NCBI GenBank assembly: GCA_040954595.2
Contig: CM082591.2
Coordinates: forward strand, 8,410,380-8,474,379
Length of the DNA: 64,000 bases
Direction: 5' to 3'
From: Balanoglossus misakiensis
Taxonomy: Eukaryota > Animalia > Hemichordata
Shown: piece after piece, positions 26,576-41,342 of the stretch
Layout of the letters: each line of letters begins with the position of its first letter
Position numbering within the stretch: the first letter of the stretch is position 1
Notes under the pieces: model-generated
Database searches by the model: none
What the model was told of the DNA's origin: nothing
The model's input: the letters and a program-made list of their open reading frames with translations, nothing else
Translations under genes and position numbers: made by a program

Positions 26576-26922
26576 TGACTCATTCGGGAAATCCCCACAA
26601 ACCACGTGACATGTAGGTCATACCTTTGCAAAGAATACTTGGCTCTCGTTCTCGGCGAGACCAACCACCATCACGCAGAAGGTAAGGTTAACATGAGATT
26701 TTGAAATATTGCCGGTGTCAAACAATGAATCAAACACGGTGATAGCTTTTAGTAGTTTAACGTTTTCGACGACTAGTATGAAATAATCCTCTTTCGTGTT
26801 TTGTTGGTTCGCGACAGCCGTTCAGCACCTGACTCATTCGGGATCGCACGAACCACGTGACACGGGGTCGTCCCTTTACAGAGCACTGAACACTCACGAG
26901 ATTTGAGAACAAAAGGTATGGC
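26576..26922 (+). promoter_or_regulatory. Two tandem promoter/first-exon modules upstream of DED gene 2
   Basis: TGACTCA 26576, GGGAAATCCCC 26586, CACGTG 26603, AGGTCA 26615, donor GTAAGG 26682; second copy TGACTCA 26830, CACGTG 26854, donor GTATGG 26916. Confidence 0.6.
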
Positions 26923-27573
26923 AAATTGTACTTGTTCATGTAGGCTGTCGATGTCAAACAAGTTACTACACACAGCCACTGATATCTGTTATTACTGCCA
27001 AATATCACTTACAACAACCCAATGTCTGGTCGTAAAAATACAACGTTTGGTTGAAGTACAGTCATCCATCGTTCTAATATTTCATCTAGAAAACATTAAA
27101 TAATTCCAGAGTGTTGCAAAAATGACAATATTTCCTCAAACCAAACAAACAAACACATTCCTTCTATTTTGCACGCCTGGATTGTCATATGCAACCCGAG
27201 GACGATGTAATCTGTAAATGTCATGTCTTAGCTCAATGTCACGTAAACGATTTTGGGAGACCCATCTAACACATAATACTGTAACAAGAGTATTGCGTTG
27301 AGTGTTCTTTATGTACAGGTGTTTAATGTCCACGTTACTGTAAAAATAAGTTAAAATCTGCCTGCCCTTTCCTATGAAAAACTATATCGTTATGAAACCT
27401 CTGCTAGCTAGGTGCAGGTTATTTGACTTTGTTGTTTAACTGTTTGCTGTGCAGGGTATATTCATTTTCGTGTAGCGTCTTGTGTGATAGAGAAGTTTTT
27501 AGACTGAGCAAATTGTGGTTACAGTACAAGCATACTAATTAGGACTATGTTTTCTTTGGCACTTAAGTTCGCG

Positions 27574-30021
27574 ATGGCAAATCAGATAAATCCACTGAAG
27601 TGCTTGTTTCATGATCTGGATGAAGGGATCGCCGACGAAAAAATTGGCATTATGAAAAGCCTCCTCGAAGACCAAATAACACCACGTGACAGGGGACGTT
27701 TAAATTGGTCATATGAAGTCTTCGAGAAATTGGAACAGCGGGGGCACATATCAGAGAACAACCTTGATCTTTTAAAAGAACTTTTCGAGAAGATGGGGAT
27801 GCCCAAATTAAAGGAGATGGTAGAGAATTTTAAAACACCCCATGACCACTCTGACACCAACGTGGCTGTTTACAGTAAGTAATGAAATTATACCGTAGTT
27901 AAGCATGACAGTTCCAATTGAAGTTGTTATCTCACTGAAGAAGCAGATGCTCGGACATAATCTCTTCAGAATCGATAAGTAGCGCATTTGTCACCCGCAC
28001 TGTTTGGTCCGAGAAGATTATCAACATGTATATTTTGACCGATTAGCCAGAGTTTGTAAGCTGATTGCTAATATTGGAAAAGAAGGGACATAACACAATT
28101 ATGGTGTTAATCTTTCAGGAAAAGGCGAGGGAAGCACAGCAAATGATAATCGTGAAACACTATCAGTCACACAGACCGAAAACAAATTTAAAAATGGACA
28201 AAACAAGGTTATCAATGAAACAAATGAAAGTCTCCAGACAGAAGCAATTGGTAAAATCGTCAAAGATGCAGGTAATAATTAAAAAAGAAAGAAAGAAACG
28301 GTTCATTTCGCTGTGTGTGACAAAATGGTTTAATAAGCTCCACACAGAAGACGTAGACTACTGCCAGTAGTGTTGATTAGTGATGTATAATAAAACAGTT
28401 TCTAAATATGAACAAATTTGCTGCAAATAAGTATAGCAAATCATTGATACCTAGTAAAACTGATTTGTAAGTGTATGTTGCTTCACCCGCCTAAATGTTG
28501 ATATTTTAAATTCTACAATACTACATGCATACCACACTATCATATACCTTTTTTATTATTTTACGCCAGTGAAATCAGCCGTTTCCGAAGAACTTAAAAA
28601 TTTCAAGGTTCAACATCAAGCAAGAAATACATCACCATTGACGCCAGAAAAACAGTCTCCTGGAATCTGTGACACAAGTCAGTTTGAGTCAAGTGATAAG
28701 GGACTATTTGAGGGGAAAGAGACTGATGCAGAAAAGGAAAGACATAGAGGTAATCAGTCTGGGAACACCATTGTAGTTCCTATCATAGGCATTATAATGT
28801 AAACCACAGGCAAGGAAGTGTTGGGGGGGGGGGGGCAAATAATACTACCAAATAACACATTTTAAAGAGATAATTTTATCAAACGCCAGCAGGTCATCCT
28901 ATGTTATATCATTTGTCATTTTAGTCTGAGAAGATTTGATGAAATACATTTTCTTATTCATGTGCCTGTAACAATTACTTTGAAAATATAATGCCACTAA
29001 AGATTTATGGCAAAATGTTTAACTAAAAGTTTACTTTCATAATTCTCTTGAATTGTAATTAAAACGTTGTGTATAAAACAAGAACTGCTCTTATATCGAA
29101 ACGTGAACCATGTATTGTTTTAATCAGTCCTTTATGCCGTTCTGTTACCGATTATTTTAGCACTGGTTGAATAAACGCTCTTTTGCTTTTACTACAGAAA
29201 CGGCCGGGCCAGTTTACAAGACATCTGTCCTATGTGGACAATTTGATGCACCGCGTGGGGTTTTCTTCCGTGGAGATAATGGCCTGGTTGCTGTGAATAC
29301 GGGTAGAAAGAACAATTTTTACGTGGTTGACAAAAATCATACTTCTGGAAAGACCGTCACACCGAAGAGTCCATTTTACAAGCCATTCCGCCCGTGGGAT
29401 GTCGCTATGTCTGGCGACAATTTTATCTTCGCCGACCGCGCAAATAGTCAGGTAATCGTCTGGAACGAATAGGATGGTGTTGTTCGAGCATTTGGAAGCA
29501 AGGAAGACATAGAACCCCGAGGCATAACAGTGCACAAGGGCTTCACCATTGTAACCGACGTCAAATATCACCGAGTCTTGAAATACACGGACGACGGTAC
29601 TTTTGTCGCTGAAACGGGAGGGAAAGGCACAGCCGAGGGAAGATTCAAATGGCCTGAATCGGTCACTGTCGACAGCGAAGACCGTGCAATCGTGTCAGAC
29701 AGAGACAACCATCGTTTGCAGGTGTTCAGTTTTGAGGATCTCACCTTTCAGATATCGTTCGGCTCCAAAGGGTCGTGCAACGGTCAGCTAGAGGATCCAC
29801 AGGGACTCGATGTCGACGCCAATGACAACGTGTATGTCTGTGATGCTGGAAATCGAAGAATCGTGAAGTATGACCCGCAAGGACAGTGGTTACACAACAT
29901 AGGCGACGTCAACATTCGGGCACCGTCCTCGATTGCCGTCAGCAGACTTTCCAATCCCCAGATTGCCGTTTCAGAACTTGTTGAGAATCGCATAACATTG
30001 TTTTCAGAATGTTACAGTTAG
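27574..30021 (+). CDS. DED - low-complexity linker - NHL beta-propeller protein, 4 coding exons, one in-frame TAG (possible pseudogene or null allele)
   Basis: Exons 27574-27874, 28119-28271, 28570-28749, 29198-30021 join by phase-1 GT-AG introns in one frame; NHL motifs FDAPRGV, FRPWDVA, IEPRGITV, GRFKWPESVTVDSEDRAIVSDRDNHRLQVF, GQLEDPQGLDVDANDNVYVCDAGNRRIVKY; TAG at 29470-29472. Confidence 0.85.
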
Positions 30022-30319
30022 ACCGGATATTGATATCCCAAAAACTAGAGCAAATTGTGGTAGTCCTATTATGGATATAAAATTACAGATGAATTCATAG
30101 AAATGGACATGGTATATATGAATATTGCTGTCAACTGATGGAATTGGCTATACACGTCAACAGGAGTCGAGCTCACGCAGTTTTGACAACACAGTTTAGC
30201 CACTTGATCACATACAAAACCACTCGACCGTGTTCATCTAACAACCTTTGACCTGCATGTGCTCAATTATGCTACTGACAGCAAATGCCGACAGTAAGCG
30301 CAAGGACTGAAGGCCGTTA

Positions 30320-31448
30320 GGAACCGTTCAGTTTTTACGGCCGGGGGGGGGGGCGGCAAAATCCAGGGGAGGGGGTCACTTAAATTTTAAAGTCCTAAAG
30401 GGGGGGGGGTCATCTGGTTTTTTTAAACGTTTAGGGGGGGGGGGTCACATACTTTTGCCACCGAACTTTTGCTTTTGAGTCCACGAAATTGCAGTTTTCG
30501 CGCCCTTTATTTTGCAAAATTTTCTAATGCACACCCACCCCCTTCATACTCCGCCACATTTCATTTTTTGCTGGTTTGTCTAGTGTACCAGGGCAGAGTG
30601 CTTGCCACCCCAACCCCACCGATGATAATATTTAACAAGGTAAATACATAAGGGAGAATAATCGTTTAAAGAATTTCACATAACTGATAGTTTCGCGCTG
30701 CATCTTCTATATACTAGAAGTTTTATAAATGATGTCATGACGTGGATGACGCCAATCTTCGAACTTTGAGTGGAGTGGCAAAAGTAAAATTGGTCCTCCC
30801 AAACATTGAGATAATTTGCTTTTGAGTTCATTAAAATGCAACTTTGCGCTACATATTTTACAAAAATTTCTTATGTGGGAGGGGGACACCCCCTCCCACA
30901 CCAACCCCCTCCATGCATTTATTTGCTGGTTTGTCTAATGTACCGGGCCAGACTTCTTGCCACCCCACCCCCGATGCTTACTAAGTACTTTGAGTGGAGT
31001 GGCAAAATTAAAATTTGTCCTCCCTAACATTGAGTTAATTTGCTTTTGAGTTCATTAAAATGGAACTTTGAGCACCGTATTTTACAAAATTTTCACCCCC
31101 GCCACTTTTCTTGTTTTACCAATTCTAGCAACTATTGTATTGACTTGTCATTTTAATTTGTTCATAGATTTCTATTTTGCAACGATATACTATTATATAC
31201 TTCAATTACTTTAAGAAATTTATAATTGAGGTGTGAGGAGCCTCATTCCCTATATTGCATACAGTGTACATAGGATCAGGACGGCGAATGTTTTGGGCGG
31301 GGGGGGGGGTCATCATATTTTTGGGTCTGTCAAAGGGGGGGGGGTCATCATTTTTTGGTCCTGGACGAAGGGGGGGTCGGCCTGATTTTGAAAACCGATG
31401 ACACAAACTTGCCGCCCCCCCCCCCTGCCGTAAAAACTGAACGGTCCC
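30320..31448. mobile_element. Non-autonomous PIF/Harbinger-type element
   Basis: TIR gg(a/g)accgttcagtttttacggc...gccgtaaaaactgaacggtccc with TTA on both sides; internal G-runs and ~240-bp internal duplication. Confidence 0.8.
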
Positions 31449-32169
31449 TTAGCTGTACGCACTGAGCTCTGGTGGCCGGTCGCTTTGGCCGCGGATGCTG
31501 ACTGCTGGGAGACATACGTGTATTACAGAGAAGTATCAAAGATGGTAGTTCCTGCTGCCTATTAAACTTAGATTGACTAAAATCAGCAGCCGGTGTGACA
31601 TTCAGACAATAAACTTGTCAATTTAATCACGACAGAAAATCAACGTTGTCGGTCATGGACTGTTTTCTGTAAACGTACATTTTGTCCTGCTATCGTGTTG
31701 TCTATTCAAGATAAAGAGCAAAACATTGTTTTCAATCTTGATCGATTACACCCCACCCAAAACTAGAACACTCTTAATATTACATGTATTTCTACTGACT
31801 TAGATAAATATGATGACGTATTATATGCATGAAATGTATAATGACATCTAAATTTACTTGGACCTAGCAATATAACCTGTTCTGATTCCAAAAATATATG
31901 TTCAGGTAATATCAAAATAATTCCTGCACTCTTTTCAACTCAGGATACTACCATACTGTGCCTGGATTTGGATATTAGCACCCCTTTCCTGATTTTTAGT
32001 CTTATATTTTTTCCTCGTATTACTTTGACCACAGTTGTCTTTGCTTTGACAAAGCTGTATGTTTATAAATTCTAAAAATACGTAACTTGACACTTCGCAG
32101 AACCTGCATAAATACCACTTTCCTCTGAGATTGCCACTACTATGCGTTGGTCTTTATATCATCGGTCAC

Positions 32170-33238
32170 CCGTGGATGCATTGTCAACAACTACGTGACC
32201 AGGTTATAACAGTGGCGGCTCTCCAGCTGTGACATACGCTTCGGTGGCCGAGACAAATATTCATTCGAAATGTCTGTAGGTATTACCCGGACCTTGAATG
32301 ATAGTACTCATATATATTTCTTTAATTTTTGGGCCATTTTGACATAAATAGGTGTCATCTTGATATATTATCAAGCTATATCAGTTAATAGACAGAATTA
32401 AAAGCATATCCGAGATTATTTAAATCTTAATTTTCTTTATCCAGTTGCAGCTCATGTGCCGTTAAAATGGGACTTTTCTGTGAGTAAATGCATTGTCGTC
32501 ATTACGCAAACATCTATTTATAGCCTGTCTGGCTGTAAACATTTCGACAGGGTGAGTTATGAATGGTAGGTCACATGTTCAAATTCCACTAAGCAAACAT
32601 GTTGTTAGTTGAAACCACAGAGTGGTTGAGTGAGATAGGTTGGCGGACTACCGAGTGATATCTCTCTGTGTGTGGCTAAAATTTGACTGTACCCATGCGT
32701 GCTGCCTTTTGTGGTTCCATTTACACCCACCGTCTACTATATTATTTATCAATAGAATCCACACCGTTCTATCCATTTTATTGGTAAACACCACTGATTA
32801 TGCTACTGTAGTGGAATCGATTCAGTTTGTCACCATCGGCCAATATACTATACAGTTTATTTTTTTAATTGTCCGAAAATAATTGTATTTTGCTAAGTGA
32901 TTCAGTAATAGACATACATTTCTGAAACAAGGCATACTTTCCCCAGCCCTACCATACCCCCAAACAACCTCCTTCGCCTATGTCGCATGCCTGTGGTGAA
33001 GTTCACACTAGTAATCTTCGTTACACCTTTGTTTTGTTGGTGTGGAATATCCTTCACACTCTGGTCAGATAAATAAGATATCACTCAAATGTTTAACTTT
33101 TGTAGAAATTGATCTGTTAAAATTTTCGAATCTGGCATTAAAATTGTAACTTCACTTGTCCAGCTGTGATAAGGATATGGTATTAAATTGGGTGAGTCCA
33201 AGTCGTTCAGCAATACAACGATGACAACAACAACAACG

Positions 33239-33280
<42 letters not shown>

Positions 33281-36200
33281 TAATGAGTAAGTATTTATTT
33301 CGGTTCAAGGCATACAAGAAGTATAAATCGGCCACGCAGTAAATGTAAATGCACGCGCCTTTGATACATCTGGAAAGTTGTAATTCTTTACTATCAATCA
33401 TGTGATCTGGCCATGTGACCCACGGCGTTGTCATTTCCAGGTGACGGGCAAGCAATATTTCGGCATCCAGTAAAAGTTTGTCCGAGTATGTGTTTACTTT
33501 AGAACCGCCAGACGCGTAACATTTATCAGGTATGGTGCCTCATCAGCCACGCGGCGTTTCGTCTGCACAGTCTTTGCTGAAGTTGCCCGTCATCTGGAAA
33601 TTTGAATGCCAACCGCCTGAGCGCGTCTGACGTCATTTGATATCGGAGAATAGCTAACTAAACTATTCCACGGTTTACAAGTGTTCTACACGGCCTTGCT
33701 CTCATAAGAACATGCACCGCTGTTTTAAGTTGTTATAAGTTCATGTTTTGTGGTGGGATTTTGCATACGTGTATATAGGCAGCATTGAATGTGATCTGAC
33801 TGTAACGCAAGCTTAGGTAGATTTCTCAACATTCGCAGCGTCAACGAGGTCGAGTGTGAGAAGGGCACACTTGTATGAATATAGAAAATATGTGTTTTGA
33901 ATTTCACGCAAAGCAACCAAATTATGCTGTTGTTTGATCTGGAAATCCCCCGCCTATATTCGACGAGAAAATCATTTGCATACCTCCTTGACAATAAATG
34001 ACATCGGCTCTGTTTGTTACTATACTACTAATTCACGACAGGAGACCATGCGGCCTGATTATGACATTACCATATACTTTTCCATATCACAAAATATTTG
34101 ACTGTCTTTGGTGTTTTGATGGTATTTCAATCTTTTGGTTGCTTTCAACTCTTTCCATTTTAGTGACGATAGCAGGGGGTCAGCGGGGAACATGAAAAAG
34201 AACATAGGGAGAGTGGTAAACGGCGAGAAATGGTCTTACATACACTGTTTTAAAAAAGGAAAAAACAAGAATGAGGAATATGCCAGAATGTGCCTGATGA
34301 AGAAGATATAAAGTGCGTTTCTCAAAATAGCCAGCGCTATCCGACGAATTTCAAGAGATACGGAAAGGGCAGGGCCACAGTCGTGGCTTTCCTGAGTAAT
34401 TTCGTTGTATTGCATGCCAACAACGCCTCGGTGCGCATGCTCCAGACACTCATGTTGTGTCCGATGAATATTCAACTCAGTAGATTCTGCGCAGTACGGG
34501 TTGTACATTTTGACTGCGCTAACAAGGTATATACCTCTAAACGCTGGTACATTTGCTCATATTTCAACTCAAAGGAAAGCAAAGTGCTAACAAAGTTCAC
34601 CGCGGTGTTTGTTGTTTTCTTCATTCACACAAAAGACGTGGCATTTTTGTCAGCAACAAATCCTCCACCTATTCACATTCTGAAGTCAAAAATGTTGCTC
34701 TATGATGCATGGTGACCAACGATGGCCGTTTGCCTGATTTGTCGGATCATGAATTGTGTCATACACTATCCTACATATTATTTTCTAGTTTTGTATTTCT
34801 ACCATTTACCAGCAGACATTAAGTTAGGTGAGTGTTTGCATGGCACACGGCATTTTCATTTTGACTATTTAGACCACGGCCTATGTTGAGCAAGGTCGTA
34901 GATTGAGAATGTCTATGATTTGCTTATTTGCGAGTGATATTCCCTTGTCTTACCACAGACCAGAACTTCCAGAATGTTTTTTTTAGTTTATACGTGGTTA
35001 TTTTCCAAAGCAATATTCTGGATTGCTTGGGTGGAATAAATGCCGCTACGCGTACTTTGCACTAAGCTAATCTGATAAGCCAACGTTTACACAAGTCTTA
35101 AAAAGACCCGCCCAGTATCCAGGGCCTCTCCGTTAAGGCTACAACAAACATTGGAATGATTTACATGCTTCCGTTAGACTATTGAAAACGATAGCTATCT
35201 GAAAAACAACTTTGGCGAGGATCTCGTAAATGCATTAATGAGAGCAAGGTTCGCACGGATTGGGCTTATGTGATATACAGTCGACACAATGCTGAGATGG
35301 CGCGACCAATTCCGTGAATTCCCTATCAAGTCATATGATCATGATTATTGAGAATCGCGGGCTATTGAGGGGACAAGGACAGACAGAGGTTAGGGTGTGA
35401 TGTTGAGGGCGAGAATTAAAGGGGTCGGATGATATCAGCAATGTGTAATGTGTATCAACCGATTAAAAAATCGAACATACAAAGCTATCGATGACGTGAA
35501 ACAGAAAAACTATAACATGCTTGTGCGCATTTCGCGGATTAACCATCACTTCTTATGTTAAGTTAGTCTATGATTACTATATTGAGAAGGTGTACAATGA
35601 CTGAATCCTCATGATGAGATACATCTGATAGAACACAGATTTGAATTGCAGCACTAACAAAAATAAGCATTTGACTTGAGACCAATGGTGGTATACTGGA
35701 ATCCAATTAAAATTGCACCTGACAAATCACACTCTGATGGAAGTGGATAATTCATTGTGGGACAAAATCCATCAGAATGAATTCTGATTTTCTTGTATTA
35801 TTATTTTTTGTTGCATTTCTACCATTTACAAGCATAGACTAAGTTAGATGTGCATGACATGTTTGTTTTTACTTATACACAACGGCCTACATTCACAAGA
35901 CGGTATGCCGAAAAAGTGTATATTCATTAGCTGACATGCAAGGGATCTTATCGTGTTCTACCACAGACAGGAGCAATTTCCGATGGTGAACTCTGTAATA
36001 TTAAGGAGGGTGATAATTGAATGTCCCTAAGTGCAACTTTACTGATAAGCCACAGTTTACACAAGTCTAACAAAATACCACTCATGCAGTATTTGCCGAG
36101 GACAAGCGTCACCTCATGCGCCTACGCCTAGGGCATCTCCTTTTAAGGATACAACAAACATTGGAATTTTTCCAAGTAGTAAAATATTGGGTTGGGATTG

Positions 36201-39200
36201 TGTGATTTTTGGCGCCATGCCGAGATGGCGTGATCAATACGTGCAATTCCTAGAAAGTCACCTTATTATGATTATGACGCTCTCGCCGTAGAGTATGTAT
36301 AGTAAATGTTTGGAGTGCAATAAAATATGCAAATTGTAAATGTGTTCACATATGTTTTTAACAGCTGTCGGTAGTGGTGAATATCCAACAACAGCTATGT
36401 GGATGGTTTTTATTACTGAAATCGAGTTATTTAATGCCCGATATGATCACTTTTGAAGTCGGGCTCCATATATGCGTTGTGAATAGAGCTTTTGTATATA
36501 TATGGCAACATTTCATGAAAAGACTGCAATTTTAGGCTAGTAATAATTGTAATGGAAACGTTAATAGAAACCTCTTTCTTGAATAGAAGTATGAGCAAAA
36601 GTGAAAAATTTTCCTTTCCAATTAAAGAATGTTCTTTGCAGAATGTTCTAAGATGACAATGCCATTACATTTCCATAGAGCAATAGTTCCCATTTCCATT
36701 AGAATTGGGATTCAATCAGAATTACCTGGCGATATAACATGAATTCTACATAGCTAATTAAAAACTTAAAATGCCTGTGTCTGTTTACATTTCACATGAA
36801 TTTTCTTATGTAAATAAAAATACACGATTTGGACTTTCATTTCTTGTTTCACAGAAATGCGAATTTCACCACAATTACAACGGGTTACTCAGACGTTTAC
36901 GTCACTGTTCTCCACACCCAGACGGGGTTACAAAATGTTTCCTGATGGTGTTGGTCTACTAGGTAGTTTTCCACACTTAGTTACATTTTGTGGTATAATG
37001 AGCAATACGTTCTTTTGGCAATTGGATTTCAGTCGGAAAAAATTCCAATGTCAGCCATTCCATTGATACATATGCACACTTTGTTGACAAACAACTACTT
37101 GGCTTCAAACATGCGTACACCATCATCATGTATGGAATCTAGCCTTTTACATTTAAATCTGGCATCTGAGTCGTTCCCACCGCGCATTTAAGCCGGACAA
37201 ATCTTGTCGAATGAAGCCGATTAAATGTATGTGATACACACGTCAATGCATCAAAATGTTGGGGGGGGGGAGGGGGTGACAAATAAGTTGACCTGACATT
37301 GGTATTCATTTACAGGCCCCAGTCAATCAGTGCTAGCTACACTAAAGCTGTTGCGTGTTCAAGAATACTGATAATTGACACATGATGACATTGCTATATG
37401 GTCTGAAATCTGTGAGAAATCAGTCACGATTCAGATTTGTAGTAGTAATGAGAAAACTTTACTTATAGTAGACGTTCGTTATTAAATATTCAAATAAAAA
37501 GAAAACTGACAAAACAGACATAGTAACTCATCGTCACCTTGCTTACAGTGTTCAACAAATCTGGTTCAAAGGTGCCCTGATCTAACGATATTGATGACAC
37601 AGACACACAGTATATAGGCAGATGGATTTATCATCGGAAGCAAGAAATATAGCCGTTGCAGTTACTACAATGAATGAGTCACCGACAAAACGTACATGTA
37701 TGCACTCTTAAAGATCACAGCGGCTCGAACCGCCTGGTGTATAACAATGCAGACATCTACAGGCATTTTGTAGATTTTAATATTGGCAGATTAAAAGCAG
37801 TGATTATGACGTGCACCTGAATATGACGTGATCCGATAAAAACGTATTCGAAACTTTGTCGTTACTTTTGTTGATTTTTTAAGTTCTGAATCTTCTGCAG
37901 TCGCCAGAGAGGCAGCCGCAGCAGAAAGAAACCAGCAAAGAGTAAATGTAATGACACCTTTCTGTGAGCATTAGATTCATCTCAATCCTTGTCGCTTGCC
38001 TCCATATCTGCTCAGAGCGCATGCTCTGTGAATTGTTGATCTGCTTGATACCATGCCAAGTCGTCGTGTGATAATGTCGCCAGGTACGGGTGGCGTGTAC
38101 ATACATTGCCAGGTCACAAGTTCACACTGCAGTAGAACCGAAAGAAAAAACACAATGTTGTTCTGTGACACCTGCATTGGTATTTTTTATTCCATGTGCT
38201 TTTCTATGTAGATTCCCGCTGTGAATGCGTACAGGTGCGCGACTAAGTGACTAAACCCACTTAGATGTGTCTCTCCTAAGTTAATTGGGTCATAGACAAA
38301 TAGTATGTGATTGGGTACACAGTCAACTGGTGTAAACGCTACAAATAAAATTTGATATTGTGTAAATGGTGAAATGACTGTGTGTAAGTTATTAAGCTCG
38401 TAAATATCCGTGTGAGTAGACTCCAAAGACAAGCGTGACCCCGTTAGGCCTGTAACAAGACTTTTTTGCAGGAGTGTTTCAAAACTGAAAATGGCGGCTG
38501 ACAGTGTGTTTATTTGCAGGTAAGTCCCATCTCGTCAGCAAACTCATTTCTGTTCCAAATAATGAGAATTCCGGCTGTTGACGTGACACGCAGGCCATGC
38601 AGGTGAGCTTTTGACGAGCAATGTAGGCCCAATGCATGATCACCAGTCTGTCCGATAACACGTACTGACCACAACAGTTGGAGAGTCATCGTTTTAGTTG
38701 TCGACAGTGCATCCATCAGTGGTTGGTATCCATGCTAATTCCGCAAAATCTCAAGGGACATTGTTATTCGGGTTTTATCAAAAAACGTACACCTTAGAAA
38801 AATTGCACTGGGAGTTTTCTGACGTCCTATAGAGTGATGAATATCTGCCATAAGTTTGGGTTGACTTAACATCCCCGATGTCAATGAGGTCAATATAGTA
38901 AGGGGACGCACCTGTATGAAAACACATCAACTCTGATATGTATTGGATTTTACACGAAGCGACCAAATTATGTCGTTGTTTGATCTGGAAATCCCCTGTC
39001 CACATTAAGCGAAAACCTAATTAGCATATCTTATTGTCAATAAGAGACCTCGGATCTGCTCCATGAGTAATTCACGAGAGAAGTCTGAAAATAAAACCAA
39101 ATATTTTTTCCTAATATCACAAAATTTTTGACTATCTTAGGTGTTAATGATATCTGTGTATCGTTTGGCCTCTTTCGACTGTCCGATTGAGTGTCGATAG

Positions 39201-41290
39201 AGAAAGGGGGGGGTGGGGAGAAAAGAGGGGAGAGTGTGATAGGGCGAGAAATGGTGTTTCTCGCATTTTTTACGAAAACCAGAACTCAGGCTGTGTAAGA
39301 CTATATATAGGCGCGCTGAGGAAGATAAAAATGACGGCATGCTATAGCGTGCGTCTCTCAAAATTAACAGCACTACAGGATGAATTTCAAGTGATGCGAA
39401 ACGGGTCCAGCAGTCAGGGTTTTCCTATGAGTAATTTCATGTGATTGTCTGTCAACAACCCCGCGTTACGCATGCTCCAGGCACTCATGTTAAGTGAATA
39501 GATTCTGCGCGGTCCTTTTATTGGTTCTACATTTTGACTACACCAACAATGTGTATTTAAAACATGTTAGGATAATATCTATGCTGGTCCATGTACTCCC
39601 ATATAAACGAAAACGAAAGCAAACGTATTCACAAAGACCATACAATTTCTTTACCACAGTTTGTTTGCGTAACAAATCGTTAAAAATTGTCTTTGATTGA
39701 CAGCATCATTATGTTTTATCTTGGATGTAAAACCATTGCAACTTTTTAGTTTTAGTTGTTTAAATTGTTATTCGTTCATATTCACAGTTAATTTCCAAAT
39801 TAGTGAATATATATGAAATTACAGCTTGTGTAGGATAATCAGTGAGATATTTAGAAAATTAAATACAAGGTTATATTTCAATTTAATCAAAAAATATACA
39901 ACCATGTATGCGTGTATGTCCTTCTCTTTGTACATTTGCGCGTGGGGTCAAAAGATAGAGGTGACCCTGTTTGGTCTGTTATACATGCTGTATGTATATT
40001 AGCCCTAATACTGCTTATTGTTAGGTGCAGAGGGGAAGAAAGAGGATGTTGTCCCATCCTACTATATTTAAAAAACAATTCCCCTACCCTACTCAGTTGT
40101 AGCATGTTTTGCCTGGATTGGGATGTTATTGCTCACACTCCTGCGTTGTTAAATTAAGGGGGGGGGGGGAGATTGAGTCTTATTTTCTCTCATATTTAAT
40201 TTTTCTAACGTATACATTTCTGATAAATCCCGAATAAACAATGGTGGTCAGTTAGTGTTAATTTGATCTGCGAATGATAATTGCAGAATGCTGCACACAT
40301 GCATGACTTGTGTGTCACGTAGACAGCCGGCAGAATTCTTAATAGTTGCAACAGACAAACTTGTTGACGAGAGCCTTGTAATGGGACCTTCCTGTAAGTA
40401 AATGCGTTGTCTGTCGCATTTACAGTGCTAGTGTGTACTTACGAATTCATGTGAACGATAGCTCAAGAATTTTTATTCCACTACAATGAAGAAAAAAATC
40501 AAACATAAGATATGGTTGCGGAGTGGGTGGTTGAATAGGTTAGGGCTGGTAATCGGCAGTCTTGTGTTTTTATTTAACGCCCACCTGCTACTGTTCATCG
40601 CTAGATTGTCACCATTGTAATTCATGTATATCCGCAAATACTACTGGTAATGAAAGCATTGAATTGTAGTAGGAATAAATCAGTTTGACATTATCGGCCA
40701 GGAAACTTTGTGTTTGTTGTTTTAGTTCGTAAGTACACGGAATAAACATTTCTTCTTGAAAAAAGGCATGTGTCACACTAGTAATCTTCTTCACATTTGA
40801 GTTTGGTGTGAAACATCATTCATACTCTGGTCAAATAAGTAAGATAGCTAATGCTCCAATGTAGAAATTCTATAGTATGGCATTAAAATTGTAATGTTCA
40901 CTTCCTTTGCTATAATAAGGATGTGGTATTAAATTGGTTGTAACGTTCAGCATGAGCATTTTACATATTGAAGAATATCAACATTAACTTTTGGTTTCGA
41001 GGTCTTCAGGCATGTAAATCGGTCACGCGGCCCAGGTGAATGAGCCCGCCTTTGTAAATCAATACAATGATAAGTGTTTTCAGTATACGTCACTGGATAT
41101 GTTGAAAAGAAAGACTCTTATATAGCATGGTGTTTTGAAGAAGTATGCAAATTCCACTTTCCATATGTGTTCTGCATTGCCCTGCTTCCATAAAAACATA
41201 ATAGACTTGTGTTTATATAAGTAGTATTTCTCGTTTTGTGTTGCGAGTTTCCCTACGTGCATATAGGTTTGACAATAATCTTCTGATACC

Positions 41291-41342
<52 letters not shown>

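Noticed and set aside
29470-29472. Selenocysteine or pyrrolysine recoding of the NHL stop
   Set aside because: Codon is TAG not TGA, pyrrolysine is not used by animals, and the 3' context (GAU) is not a known readthrough motif.
34290-34715. 141-aa ORF within the duplicated region
   Set aside because: No recognisable domain, and the paralogous segment at ~39315-39550 has indels and stops that break the frame.
40955-41060. Minus-strand peptide CLKTSKPKVNVDILQYVKCSC* resembling a cystine-knot cytokine end near kB sites
   Set aside because: The homologous segment at ~33200-33370 does not preserve this frame or the cysteines.
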